Assembly: GCA_045643205.1 (NCBI GenBank) | Contig: JAZUKI010000010.1 | Location: 96,001 to 160,000 of the forward strand | DNA length: 64,000 nucleotides | Source of the DNA: Clostridia bacterium | GTDB lineage: Bacteria > Bacillota > Clostridia > TANB77 > CAG-508 | Direction of reading: 5' to 3' | Part shown: one piece after another, positions 51,009 through 61,463 of the stretch | Numbering within the stretch: position 1 is the first letter of the stretch | Layout of the letters: every line of letters starts with the position of its first letter | Made by a program: the position numbers and the translations under genes | Notes under the pieces: generated by a model | Told to the model about the DNA's origin: nothing | The model's input: only the letters and a program-made list of their open reading frames with translations | The model's database searches: none

Positions 51009-52706
51009 ATGAGTGATGATATAGACAATGTATTAGAAGGAATTAATTCTGAAAAGGAAGAAAATCCAAATCAAAAAATTGATGATCTAGTTTCACAAGA
51101 ATTAGGTGTTGATGAAGATAATCAATATGATTTATCTGAATTTGAAGAAGTTGATACTTCTATGCTTAAAGATACAATTGAATATCCTGAACAATTAGCA
51201 GATACAACTCTTGAAAGAAAATATTTAGGATTAATTTTAAACGAAATTAAAGCAATTAGTGTTTATAATTTCGATTTTGAACATTGCCGTTTTGCTGATG
51301 AAAATTTGTTAGATGTTTATAAGAAAATTATATTTACAGATGGTGAAAGATATACACCAGTTAGAATTAAGGAAAAATTTAATTTTTCAAGAGAAACAAG
51401 AGAACTATATTTATTAAAAAATGGCTTAAAAGAAGAATTTGAAGATTGCACTGATTCAATTGAAGATGTATATAGAGAACTTAGTAAAGTATTTATTTTA
51501 AGAAAGAACTTTTTAGAAATTCCAGTAAAAGCTCTTCAAGCTAAAATTGTTGATATTTTAAATTATGAGTTATATGCAAAAATGACTCCAGAAGATGTTG
51601 AAACTGCTGTAAATCAAGTAACAACAACACAAAAATTCAAGCGAGCAGTTTTAAATAAAGATTTAACAGAATTTTTAAATGAAGGTGATAATACTTTAAC
51701 TAATGGTTTAGTAGTTCCATTCCCAATATTAACAAAAGCATTAAAGGGAATAAGAATAGGTGAAACAAGTGCATATTGTATGCCATCTAACTATGGTAAA
51801 TCAAGATTTATGTTAAACTTAGCAGCATTTATAGCAGTTGTTCATAAGAAAAAAGTTTTGGTTATTTCAAACGAAATGTCGCTTGAAAAAATGAAACTTT
51901 GTTTAATCACAACAATTGTTAATAATCCAATTATGCAAAGACTTCATGGACATAAGTTACATGTTTCTGAAAACCAATTATTAGATTTTAGATTTAGACC
52001 TGATGAAGGTACAAATGAAGAAGTAAATTCAGATGGATTTATGTTTCAAGCAAAAGGAGAAACAAGAGAAGATTATATTAAAAGACTTGAAGCACATTCT
52101 AAAGAATATAAAGATGTTTGCGAAGTTACAGAATGGTTTAATGCAAAGCTTTATAATTCAATTCACTTTATAGATATCACTGATCATACAAATGATGAAC
52201 TAAGAAAAGTTATAATGAATTACTATTTTAAAGAACAAGTTCATTATGTATTCTATGATACAATGAAGACAGATATCGATAACATTGGAAATGGTGAAGA
52301 ACTAAAAAAGACAGCAACAATTTTATCAAACTTAGCACAAAATTATAATATGTATATTTGCTCAACAATGCAAATGCAAGAAACACCTACTGATCCAGTT
52401 AATTTAACAGTTAATGATTTAGCTGTAAGTAGAACTGTAAAAGAAGTTTTGGATAACTTAATGATGTTCAAACAAATTCACAGAGAAGATTTAGATGATT
52501 ATGAATTTTCAAAATCTGATTTATTTGAAAATGTGGAAAGTTTAAAACATTTTAGTGATCCTAATGTTAGATACTATGTTTGTGTTATTGATAAAAATCG
52601 TGCTGGTCCAAAACCAGTATTACTATATAGATTAAACTTAGCTTATAACTATTGGGAAGAACTAGGATACATTCGTCATAAATCAGGAATGTATACTGGA
52701 TTATAA
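51009..52706 (+). CDS. Divergent DnaB-like (SF4) helicase
   Basis: H1 MPSNYGKS, H1a VLVISNEM, H2 VFYDT, H3 STMQ, H4 DLAVSRTVKEVLD, Arg finger DKNRAG. Confidence 0.8.
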   Translation: MSDDIDNVLEGINSEKEENPNQKIDDLVSQELGVDEDNQYDLSEFEEVDTSMLKDTIEYPEQLADTTLERKYLGLILNEIKAISVYNFDFEHCRFADENLLDVYKKIIFTDGERYTPVRIKEKFNFSRETRELYLLKNGLKEEFEDCTDSIEDVYRELSKVFILRKNFLEIPVKALQAKIVDILNYELYAKMTPEDVETAVNQVTTTQKFKRAVLNKDLTEFLNEGDNTLTNGLVVPFPILTKALKGIRIGETSAYCMPSNYGKSRFMLNLAAFIAVVHKKKVLVISNEMSLEKMKLCLITTIVNNPIMQRLHGHKLHVSENQLLDFRFRPDEGTNEEVNSDGFMFQAKGETREDYIKRLEAHSKEYKDVCEVTEWFNAKLYNSIHFIDITDHTNDELRKVIMNYYFKEQVHYVFYDTMKTDIDNIGNGEELKKTATILSNLAQNYNMYICSTMQMQETPTDPVNLTVNDLAVSRTVKEVLDNLMMFKQIHREDLDDYEFSKSDLFENVESLKHFSDPNVRYYVCVIDKNRAGPKPVLLYRLNLAYNYWEELGYIRHKSGMYTGL

Positions 52707-52750
52707 TTAATTTAATTTTAAATTTTTGAATTATTGAAAGGAGACAGTTT

Positions 52751-53635
52751 ATGAAAATTACTCAAGCAGCAGCTTTAGAGAGAATAGCTAGTAGAATAAG
52801 AATGGATATAGTTCAAGAAGTATATTATGGAAAGAGCGGTCATTTAGGTGGCGCTCTTTCTTGCGCTGATATACTTTCTGTTTTATATTTCAATGAAATG
52901 AATATTAATCCAAATGAACCATATGCATTAAATAGAGACAGATTTGTTTTGTCAAAAGGACATGCTTCTGCAGCAATATATGCAACACTTGCAGAGAAAG
53001 GTTTTATAACAAAGGATGAATTATTAACTTTTAGAAATATTGATAGCAAACTTCAAGGACATCCAGATATGAATAAAGTTCCAGGAATTGATATGACTAC
53101 AGGATCATTAGGACAAGGATTATCAGTTGCTAATGGAATGGCTATTGCTTCAAAAATTGATCAATTAGGAAATAGAGTTTATTGTTTATTAGGTGATGGA
53201 GAACTTGAAGAAGGACAAGTTTGGGAAGCAGCAATGACATCAAGTAAATATGAACTTGATAATTTATGTGTAATTGTTGATTGTAATAAATTACAATTAA
53301 CATCATCAACTAACGAAGTTAAAGGATTAAATGCAGAAGATATTGAACAAAAGTTTATTACATTTGGATTTAATACAATGATTATTGATGGTCATAATGT
53401 TGAAAGTATAATGAAAGCATTTTCTATAGCAGAAGAAACAAAAGGAAAGCCAACTTGCATTATAGCTAAAACTATTAAAGGAAAAGGTGTTTCTTTTATG
53501 GAAAATAATGTTGAATGGCATGGAAAACCTGTTAATGATGAAGAATATGGTAAAGCAATTTCAGAATTAGCACCAGATTCAGATGCAGAAATTGAATTTC
53601 AAAATAAAATAAAAGAAAATCTTAATAATAAATAG
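52751..53635 (+). CDS. Transketolase, N-terminal subunit
   Basis: SGHLGG, DRFVLSKGH, LQGHP, GDGELEEG. Confidence 0.95.
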   Translation: MKITQAAALERIASRIRMDIVQEVYYGKSGHLGGALSCADILSVLYFNEMNINPNEPYALNRDRFVLSKGHASAAIYATLAEKGFITKDELLTFRNIDSKLQGHPDMNKVPGIDMTTGSLGQGLSVANGMAIASKIDQLGNRVYCLLGDGELEEGQVWEAAMTSSKYELDNLCVIVDCNKLQLTSSTNEVKGLNAEDIEQKFITFGFNTMIIDGHNVESIMKAFSIAEETKGKPTCIIAKTIKGKGVSFMENNVEWHGKPVNDEEYGKAISELAPDSDAEIEFQNKIKENLNNK

Positions 53636-53651
53636 TTAGGAGGCTAATTAA

Positions 53652-54587
53652 ATGAGCGATGAAAAATTAATAGCTACAAGAGAAAGTTTTGGTAAAGCTC
53701 TTGCAGAATTAAAAGATGAAAATATTGTTGTTTTAGATGCAGACCTTTCTACATCAACTAAAACAAATTTATTTGGAGAAAAATATCCTAATAGATTTAT
53801 TGAAAATGGAATAGCAGAAGCTGATATGATTGGTACAGCAGCAGGTCTTTCAACTTGCGGAAAGATTCCTTTTGCAGCTACATTTGCAGCATTTGCAACA
53901 GGAAGAGTATATGATCAAATTAGAAGTAGCGTTGCTTATCCTAATTTAAATGTAAAAATTGTAGGAACACATAGTGGAATTACAGTCGGAGAAGATGGTG
54001 CTACTCATCAAATGTTAGAAGATATTAATTTGATGAGAGGTTTGCCTAATATGACAGTTGTTTCTCCATGTGATGATGTTTCAACTAAAAAATTAGTAAA
54101 AGAAATAGCAAAATTAGATGGACCAGTATATTTAAGATTAAGCAGAATGAAAACTCCACAAATATATACAGATGATACTGAATTCAAGGTTGGAAAAGGT
54201 ATTGAAATTGGCGAAGGCATTGATGGAACAATTTTTGCAACAGGAGATATTTTGTCAGAAGTTTTAAGAGCACAAGAACTATTAAAAAAAGATGAAATTG
54301 ATATAAGAGTTGTTGATATGTATACAATAAAACCAATTGACAGAGAATTAATTGTTAAATGTGCAAAAGAAACAGGTATATTATTCTCAGTTGAAGATCA
54401 TAGTACAATAGGCGGGCTTGGAAGCGCTGTTGCTGAGGTTTTATGTGATGAATGCCCTAAAAAGTTGCATAGAATTGGAATTAATGATATATTTGGCAAA
54501 TCTGGAACAGAAAAAGATTTATTAAAATATTTTAAATTAGATGCAGAATCAATTTATAAATTTATAAAATCAAAATTTATTGCATAA
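53652..54587 (+). CDS. Transketolase, C-terminal subunit
   Basis: GIAEADM, GEDGATHQ, GPVYLRL, VEDH. Confidence 0.95.
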   Translation: MSDEKLIATRESFGKALAELKDENIVVLDADLSTSTKTNLFGEKYPNRFIENGIAEADMIGTAAGLSTCGKIPFAATFAAFATGRVYDQIRSSVAYPNLNVKIVGTHSGITVGEDGATHQMLEDINLMRGLPNMTVVSPCDDVSTKKLVKEIAKLDGPVYLRLSRMKTPQIYTDDTEFKVGKGIEIGEGIDGTIFATGDILSEVLRAQELLKKDEIDIRVVDMYTIKPIDRELIVKCAKETGILFSVEDHSTIGGLGSAVAEVLCDECPKKLHRIGINDIFGKSGTEKDLLKYFKLDAESIYKFIKSKFIA

Positions 54588-54626
54588 ATTTAATTAATAT
54601 TAGATGTTTTAATAGGAGGTATATTT

Positions 54627-55637
54627 ATGAAAATATTATTAACTGGAGGAACAGGATACATTGGATCACATACAGCCGTTGAATTATTAAATGAAGGGTT
54701 TGATGTAGTAATTGTAGATAATTTATCTAATAGCAAAATTGAGGTAATAGATCACATAAAAACTATTACAGGAAAAGAAGCACAATTTTATCAAGGAGAT
54801 GTTTGCAATAAAGAATTTTTAAGTAAAGTATTTGATGAAAACCAAATTGATGCAGTAATTCACTTTGCTGGATTAAAAGCAGTTGGAGAATCTGTTTCAA
54901 AACCAATAGAATATTATAGAAACAATATAGATTCAACATTAACTCTTATTGAAGTTATGAATGAGCATAAATGCAAAAATATTATTTTCTCAAGTAGTGC
55001 TACAGTTTATGGATTACAAGAAACACCTAAATGTATTGAAACAATGAAAAAACAAACACCATCTAATCCATATGGTAAAACAAAGGCTATGATTGAAGAA
55101 ATATTAAAAGATTTATATGTTGCTGATAATGAATGGTCAGTATTTTTACTACGTTATTTCAATCCAGTAGGAGCACATGAAAGTGGATTAATTGGAGATA
55201 ATCCAAATGGTATTCCAAACAATTTAATGCCATATGTTTTAAGAGTTGCAGCAGGAAAATTACCAAAATTAACAATATTTGGTAAAGATTACGATACACC
55301 TGATGGAACATGCATTAGAGATTTTATCCATGTTGTTGATCTTGCAAAAGCACATACAGCAGCACTTAAGAAGATGCTTAATGTAGACAATGGAACATAT
55401 ATTTATAATTTAGGTTCAAATAAAGGACTAAGTGTTCAAGAGCTAATTGATACATTTGAAAGAGTTAATAATCTTAAATTAAATTATGAATATGGTGAAA
55501 GAAGAGAAGGAGATTTAGCTGAATTATATGCCGATGCAACAAAAGCTCTTGAAGAATTAAACTGGAAAACAGAAAAAACAATTGAAGACATGTGTAGAGA
55601 TTCATGGAACTTTGCTAAAAACGAGTTTAATCTTTAG
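54627..55637 (+). CDS. galE: UDP-glucose 4-epimerase
   Basis: GGTGYIGSH, HFAGLKAVGES, YGKTK, LRYFNP. Confidence 0.97.
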   Translation: MKILLTGGTGYIGSHTAVELLNEGFDVVIVDNLSNSKIEVIDHIKTITGKEAQFYQGDVCNKEFLSKVFDENQIDAVIHFAGLKAVGESVSKPIEYYRNNIDSTLTLIEVMNEHKCKNIIFSSSATVYGLQETPKCIETMKKQTPSNPYGKTKAMIEEILKDLYVADNEWSVFLLRYFNPVGAHESGLIGDNPNGIPNNLMPYVLRVAAGKLPKLTIFGKDYDTPDGTCIRDFIHVVDLAKAHTAALKKMLNVDNGTYIYNLGSNKGLSVQELIDTFERVNNLKLNYEYGERREGDLAELYADATKALEELNWKTEKTIEDMCRDSWNFAKNEFNL

Positions 55638-55651
55638 AAAATAATTATAAT

Positions 55652-55714
55652 AAAAGGCTGGTAAGTTATGATGGATACCCTTAATGGTACATTTCATTAA
55701 TTACCAGTTTTTTT
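55652..55714 (+). terminator. Long interrupted terminator hairpin after galE
   Basis: CTGGTAA...TTACCAG plus U run. Confidence 0.65.
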
Positions 55715-55736
55715 ATATAAAACATTAAATTTGTGT

Positions 55737-55765
55737 TTGACAATAATCGTTGTAAGTGGTACAAT
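55737..55765 (+). promoter_or_regulatory. Sigma-A promoter of yebC-ychF
   Basis: TTGACA-N17-TACAAT with TGn. Confidence 0.75.
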
Positions 55766-55805
55766 TTAAGGGCTTTATGAATAAAAAAATAAGGAGGAAT
55801 AAATT

Positions 55806-56534
55806 ATGTCAGGTCATTCAAAATGGCACAACATTCAAGCCAAAAAAGGAAAAGCTGATGCAGCAAGAGGAAAGATATTCACAAAATTAGGAAGAGAAAT
55901 TTTAATAGCAGTTAAAGCAGGTGGACCTGATCCCGTTTCTAACTCTAAATTAAAAGATGTTATAGCTAAATGTAAGGCAAATAATATGCCTAATGATACA
56001 ATTAACAATTCAATTAAGAAAGCTTCTGGAGAAGGCAGTGATAAAGTTTACGAAGAAATGGTATATGAAGGATATGGACCAAACGGAGTTGCTGTTTACA
56101 TTGAAGCTAGTACAGATAATAAAAACAGAACTGCAGCTGATGTAAGACATGTTTTCGACAAGAGTGGTGGAAACTTAGGTACATCAGGATGTGTTTCATA
56201 TATGTTCGATAAAAAAGGTGTTATCGTAATTGATAGATCAACAACTACATTAACAGAAGATGATATCATGATGCTTGCATTAGATGCTGGAGCAGATGAT
56301 GTTAAAGCTGAAGATGAAGTATATGAAATTACTACAGCACCAAGCGAATTTTCTAAGGTAAGAGAAACATTAGAAAGCAATGGATTAGAATTCTTAGAAG
56401 CAGATGTCCAAATGATTCCACAAAATACTGTAGAACTTGATGAAGCAGCTGCTGAAAAAATGCAAAGATTAATTGATAACTTAGAAGATAATGATGATGT
56501 TATGAATGTTTATTCAAACTGGGCTGATCAATAA
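55806..56534 (+). CDS. yebC: YebC/PmpR family protein
   Basis: [23 protein letters not shown]. Confidence 0.95.
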   Translation: MSGHSKWHNIQAKKGKADAARGKIFTKLGREILIAVKAGGPDPVSNSKLKDVIAKCKANNMPNDTINNSIKKASGEGSDKVYEEMVYEGYGPNGVAVYIEASTDNKNRTAADVRHVFDKSGGNLGTSGCVSYMFDKKGVIVIDRSTTTLTEDDIMMLALDAGADDVKAEDEVYEITTAPSEFSKVRETLESNGLEFLEADVQMIPQNTVELDEAAAEKMQRLIDNLEDNDDVMNVYSNWADQ

Positions 56535-56603
56535 TATTATAAATAAAACATGATATGTAGTTTATAATATCATGTTTTATTTTTGAAAAGGAGAACAAAA
56601 TAT

Positions 56604-57692
56604 ATGAAAATTGGCATTGTAGGATTACCAAATGTTGGAAAAAGTACTTTGTTTAATAGTATTACTCAAGCTGGAGCAGAATGTGCAAATTATCCATTCT
56701 GTACTATTGAACCAAACGTAGGTGTAGTGCCTGTTCCAGATGAAAGATTAGATGTATTAGGCAAAATGTACGATACTGAAAAAATAGTTCATGCTATAAT
56801 CGAATTTGTTGATATTGCAGGACTTGTTAAAGGTGCCAGCAAAGGAGAAGGATTAGGAAATAAGTTTTTATCTCATATTAGAGAAACAGATGCAATACTT
56901 GAAGTAGTTAGATGTTTCGAAGATCAAAACATTGTACATGTTGATGGAAATGTTGATCCAATTAGAGATATTGAAACTATTAATATTGAACTTGAACTTG
57001 CAGATTTAGATACAGTTAATAAAAGAATTGATAGAGCTTCTAAATTAGCTAAAGGAGATAAAAAATATTTAGCTGAAGAAGATGCATTCAAAAAAGTTAG
57101 AAAAGTTTTAGAAGAAGGAAAATTAGCTCACGAAGCAGAGTTAACAGATGAAGAACAAGAATTAATCAAAGATGCTTTCTTACTAACAATGAAACCTGTT
57201 TTATATGTAGCAAATATTTCTGAAGCAGATATGGGAAAACAAGACAACGAATATGTTACAAGAGTTAAAGAATATGCTAAAGAACATAATAGTGGATGCA
57301 TATCTTTATGCGCAAAGATTGAAGAAGAATTATCAGTACTTGAAGGTGATGACAAAAAAGAAATGCTTGATACATTTGGATTAGAATCATCAGGACTTGA
57401 TAGAGTTATTACTGCAAGTTATGATTTATTAGGGTTAATGTCTTTCTTAACTGCAGGTAAAAAAGAAACTCGTGCATGGACTATAAAGAAGGGAACAAAA
57501 GCTCCACAAGCTGCTGGAAAAATCCATACTGATTTTGAAAGAGGATTTATTAAAGCAGAGATAGTTTCATATAAAGATTTAGTAGATTGCCAAACTTATT
57601 TAGCAGCAAAAGAAAAAGGACTAGTTAGACAAGAAGGCAAAGAATATGTAATGCAAGACGGAGATATTGTAGAGTTCAAGTTTAATGTATAG
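56604..57692 (+). CDS. ychF: Redox-regulated ATPase YchF
   Basis: GLPNVGKST, NYPFCTIEPN, DIAGLV, IHTDFERGFI; start moved to 56604. Confidence 0.97.
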   Translation: MKIGIVGLPNVGKSTLFNSITQAGAECANYPFCTIEPNVGVVPVPDERLDVLGKMYDTEKIVHAIIEFVDIAGLVKGASKGEGLGNKFLSHIRETDAILEVVRCFEDQNIVHVDGNVDPIRDIETINIELELADLDTVNKRIDRASKLAKGDKKYLAEEDAFKKVRKVLEEGKLAHEAELTDEEQELIKDAFLLTMKPVLYVANISEADMGKQDNEYVTRVKEYAKEHNSGCISLCAKIEEELSVLEGDDKKEMLDTFGLESSGLDRVITASYDLLGLMSFLTAGKKETRAWTIKKGTKAPQAAGKIHTDFERGFIKAEIVSYKDLVDCQTYLAAKEKGLVRQEGKEYVMQDGDIVEFKFNV

Positions 57693-57787
57693 TTTAGAAA
57701 ACTAGCAGTGGCAAACGCAAGCAAAACCAATGTTACAAAGTTGTAATATTGGTTACAAAAGTGTAAACCATTTTAATAGAAAAAGAG

Positions 57788-57816
57788 TTGACTATAAAAA
57801 ACTATAAGTGTAGAAT
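57788..57816 (+). promoter_or_regulatory. Sigma-A promoter of the small surface protein gene
   Basis: TTGACT-N17-TAGAAT. Confidence 0.7.
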
Positions 57817-57884
57817 TTTTTTAGTGAAGAAATAATAAAGTTTTCTAAACAAAAGAACATTTGAGAGAAAAAAAGGAGAAAATT

Positions 57885-58259
57885 ATGAAGAAATTAGGAA
57901 GTTTAGTTGTTTTATCATTAGCAGCAGTTGTTGCAGTACTATTTATTAGTGCAAATAGTGTAAAAGCTTCATCACCATATGTTGGAGGACTTAATTTAAA
58001 TCCAACAAATAATACAGTAGGAAACACAACAGGTACACCAGCAACACCAGCTAATGAAACAAATAACACTACAAATACTACTCCAACTGTTGATCCAAAC
58101 GCAATTAACACAACAAAAGATAATAACATCAACGATAATTTAACAAAAAATGAGATCAGCAAAACTGGTGAATTTGATACTTATATAATTTCTGGTGTAG
58201 CTATCGCAGTTATCGCTGTTGGTTCAGTTGCATTTATTAAATCTAGAAAACTAGACTAA
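57885..58259 (+). CDS. Small Asn/Thr-rich surface protein with sortase-like sorting signal
   Basis: Signal peptide (VKA), ISKTG, TM and KSRK tail; start moved to 57885. Confidence 0.8.
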   Translation: MKKLGSLVVLSLAAVVAVLFISANSVKASSPYVGGLNLNPTNNTVGNTTGTPATPANETNNTTNTTPTVDPNAINTTKDNNINDNLTKNEISKTGEFDTYIISGVAIAVIAVGSVAFIKSRKLD

Positions 58260-58320
58260 TTATAGATTTAATATTATATTTAAGTAACTAGTGAAAAAAG
58301 TAATATTTAAAAGAATTCTT

Positions 58321-58347
58321 AAAGAAGAGCGAAAGCTCTTCTTTTTT
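58321..58347 (+). terminator. Terminator
   Basis: AAAGAAGAGC-GAAA-GCTCTTCTTT plus U run. Confidence 0.85.
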
Positions 58348-58446
58348 ATGCAAAAATACAATGAAAAAATCTTTAAAAATATTGATTTTACTATACAAAA
58401 ACTTATTTCATTATGATAGAATACAAAAAAATAATGGAGGTGTATT

Positions 58447-59142
58447 TTGTATAAAAGAATATTATTAAAACTAAGTGGCGAAGCACTTGCCGGTGAATCA
58501 AAAGTAGGATTAGATGAGAAAGTATTAAATGATACTTGTTTAGAAATAAAAAAGATTCATGATATGGGAGTTGAGATTGCAATTGTAGTTGGTGGAGGAA
58601 ATTTCTGGAGAGGAAAATATGGAACATACATGGAAAGAACTTCTGCTGATTATATGGGAATGTTAGCAACAGCAATTAATGCAGTTGCACTACAAGAAGC
58701 TCTTGAAAAAACAGGACTTGAAGTTAGAGTTCAAACTGCAATTGAAATGAAAGAAATTGCAGAACCATTTATACAAAGAAAAGCAATGGACCATTTAAAG
58801 AAAAATAAAATTGTCATTTTTGCATGCGGAACAGGAAATCCTTTCTTTTCAACAGATACATGCGCTGCATTAAGAGCATCACAAATTAAAGCAAATGCAA
58901 TTTTAGTAGCAAAAACAATAGATGGAATTTATTCAGCTGATCCAAATGTAGATCCTAACGCTAAAAAATATGATCACATTTCATTTAAAGAATATATTGA
59001 TCAAGATTTAAAAGTTATGGATATAACAGCTATAACATTATGTAGAGACAATAACATTCCAGTTGTTGTTTTTGGAATGAACAAACCAGAAAATTTTGCA
59101 AAAGCAATAAATGAAGAAAATGTAGGAACTACAGTTTCTTAA
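58447..59142 (+). CDS. pyrH: UMP kinase
   Basis: [36 protein letters not shown]. Confidence 0.97.
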   Translation: MYKRILLKLSGEALAGESKVGLDEKVLNDTCLEIKKIHDMGVEIAIVVGGGNFWRGKYGTYMERTSADYMGMLATAINAVALQEALEKTGLEVRVQTAIEMKEIAEPFIQRKAMDHLKKNKIVIFACGTGNPFFSTDTCAALRASQIKANAILVAKTIDGIYSADPNVDPNAKKYDHISFKEYIDQDLKVMDITAITLCRDNNIPVVVFGMNKPENFAKAINEENVGTTVS

Positions 59143-59205
59143 TTAAAAGTACGAAAGAAAATGTTTAATAATAAATTATTTTAAAAGCGTTTAAAGGAGG
59201 ATTTT

Positions 59206-59754
59206 ATGAGCGCAGAAAATATTGAAAATGAAATGCAAGAAGTTATTGATAGACTTGAAGTTAATTATTCAGAAGTTAGAGCTGGTAGAGCTAATCCAGC
59301 AATATTAAATAAGGTTACAGTTGATTACTATGGAACACCAACACCAGTTAATCAAATCGCTAGTGTTGCAGTACCTGAAGCAAGACAAATTGTTGTTTCA
59401 CCTTGGGATAAAAGTATTTTAAATAAAGTATACCAAGCAATTGAAGCAGCTAATATTGGAATTAATCCAATGAATGATGGAAATGTTATTCGTTTAATTT
59501 TCCCAGAATTAACTGAAGAAAGAAGAAATGAATTATCTAAAGATATCAAGAAGATGGCTGAAGAAGCTAAGATTGCTATTAGAGCAATAAGAGGCGATGA
59601 AATGAAAGAAGCTAAAAATAAATTAAAAGATAAAGAAATATCTGAAGATGAAGAAAAATTATTAGAAGATAATATTCAAAAAGCTACTGATAAATTCATT
59701 GAGACAATTGATCAAATTACAGATAAAAAAGTAAAAGAAATTATGACAGTTTAA
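59206..59754 (+). CDS. frr: Ribosome recycling factor
   Basis: RAGRANP, VDYYG, NPMNDG, LTEERR. Confidence 0.97.
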   Translation: MSAENIENEMQEVIDRLEVNYSEVRAGRANPAILNKVTVDYYGTPTPVNQIASVAVPEARQIVVSPWDKSILNKVYQAIEAANIGINPMNDGNVIRLIFPELTEERRNELSKDIKKMAEEAKIAIRAIRGDEMKEAKNKLKDKEISEDEEKLLEDNIQKATDKFIETIDQITDKKVKEIMTV

Positions 59755-59755
59755 T

Positions 59756-59874
59756 TGTTAATGATTCGAAAGATTATTATTATTAATGATTCGAAAGATT
59801 GTTATTATTAATGATTCGAAAAATTGTTATTATTAATAATTTGATAAGATTATTATTGTTAATAATTTGAAAGG
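59756..59874. repeat. Intergenic 25-bp tandem repeat, about 4.7 copies
   Basis: Units start at 59756, 59781, 59806, 59831, 59857; consensus TATTAATGATTCGAAAGATTGTTAT. Confidence 0.9.
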
Positions 59875-59880
59875 ACTGCT

Positions 59881-60588
59881 ATGGAAGAAAATAAAATACC
59901 TGAACATATTGCGATAATAATGGATGGAAATAGAAGATGGGCAAAAGCACAAGGATTAACCACTCCACAAGGACATAAAAAAGGTGCAGAAACATTAGAG
60001 ACCATTACAAAATATTGCAATAAAATAGGAGTTAAATATTTAACAGTATATGCATTTTCAACAGAAAATTGGCAACGTACTAGAGAAGAAGTTGGAGCAC
60101 TAATGTTTTTATTTGACAAGTTTGTTGAGAAATATTTAGTTGCTGCAACTGAAAATATGAAACTACGTATAATAGGAGATTTAGAAGATGAAACAGTTCC
60201 TAAATCTTTAGCTAAGAAAATGCGTAAACTTATGGAACAAACAAAAGATAACACAGGTCTTGAACTCAATGTTGCTTTTAATTACGGTGGAAAGAAAGAA
60301 ATATTAAAAGCTACAAAAGAGATTATTGAAGAAGTTAAAACTGGAAATATAGATATAAATGATGTTAATGAAGAATTATTTGCAAATCATTTGTATACAA
60401 AAGGTGAACCAGATCCAGATCTTGTTATTAGAACAAGTGGAGAAATGCGTACAAGTAATTTCTTACCTTGGCAAATAACTTATTCTGAATTTATATTTTT
60501 AGATAAATATTGGCCAGATTTTTCATGTGAAGATGTGGATAACTGCATTGCTGAATACAATAATAGAAATAGAAGAAAAGGAAAGTAA
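59881..60588 (+). CDS. uppS: Undecaprenyl diphosphate synthase
   Basis: HIAIIMDGNRRWA, YAFSTENW, IRTSGE, SNFLPWQ. Confidence 0.97.
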   Translation: MEENKIPEHIAIIMDGNRRWAKAQGLTTPQGHKKGAETLETITKYCNKIGVKYLTVYAFSTENWQRTREEVGALMFLFDKFVEKYLVAATENMKLRIIGDLEDETVPKSLAKKMRKLMEQTKDNTGLELNVAFNYGGKKEILKATKEIIEEVKTGNIDINDVNEELFANHLYTKGEPDPDLVIRTSGEMRTSNFLPWQITYSEFIFLDKYWPDFSCEDVDNCIAEYNNRNRRKGK

Positions 60589-60590
60589 AA

Positions 60591-61463
60591 ATGGAAAAAG
60601 AAAAACATCAAGAAGTTAAAACAAAAAAAGCTAAAGATCCAAACTTTTGGAAAAGAACAATTTCTAGTGCAATAATACTACCAACAATGTGTTGTTTGTT
60701 AATTTTTTCAAACGATATAGTTATGGATATATTTTTAGCGGTATTATCTGCTTTTTGTTTCTTTGAATATTCAAATTGTTTTAAAAGAACAAAAAAAGCA
60801 AATCCTAGTTCATGGTTAGGATATATAGCATGTTTAGGAGTAGCGTTTGTAAATTTAATAGATATTGAAATTTATAAGAATATATTACTTGCAGTTATTC
60901 CAATTTCATTATTTATTTTAATGGTTGAAATGTTATTTAATGATGAAAAGAAAAATGTAATGGATATTTTTGTTACATTTATAGGCATACTTTATATTCC
61001 AATATTGATTTCATTCTTTAGTATTATTAGACATAGAATGGGAGATAGTTTAGGATACTTTTTAGTTTGGTATATATTTATTGCTTCATGGGGTAGTGAT
61101 GTATTTGCATTTATAGTTGGATGCAGAATTGGAAAACATAAATTTACAAAAATTTCTCCAAAGAAATCTGTTGAGGGATGTATAGCAGGAATTGTTGGAG
61201 GAGCAGCATTAGGTGTTATCTATACAATAATTATAAATAACGCATTTAACCAATCAATTAATATTGGATTAGTTATAGTAGTTGTTTCTTTATTAGCAAT
61301 TATAGGACAAGTTGGAGATGTATTTGCATCAGCAATAAAGAGATATTGCGGAATCAAAGATTTTAGTGATTTAATTCCAGGTCACGGTGGAATGCTAGAT
61401 AGAGTTGATAGCGTAATCTTTGTAATTCCATTTGCATATATTTTATTAAGCTTATTAATTTAA
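60591..61463 (+). CDS. cdsA: Phosphatidate cytidylyltransferase
   Basis: ISPKKSVEG, KRYCGIKDFS, PGHGGMLDRVDS. Confidence 0.96.
   Translation: MEKEKHQEVKTKKAKDPNFWKRTISSAIILPTMCCLLIFSNDIVMDIFLAVLSAFCFFEYSNCFKRTKKANPSSWLGYIACLGVAFVNLIDIEIYKNILLAVIPISLFILMVEMLFNDEKKNVMDIFVTFIGILYIPILISFFSIIRHRMGDSLGYFLVWYIFIASWGSDVFAFIVGCRIGKHKFTKISPKKSVEGCIAGIVGGAALGVIYTIIINNAFNQSINIGLVIVVVSLLAIIGQVGDVFASAIKRYCGIKDFSDLIPGHGGMLDRVDSVIFVIPFAYILLSLLI

Noticed and set aside
59756-59874. CRISPR array
   Set aside because: Units abut with no unique spacers and there are no cas genes
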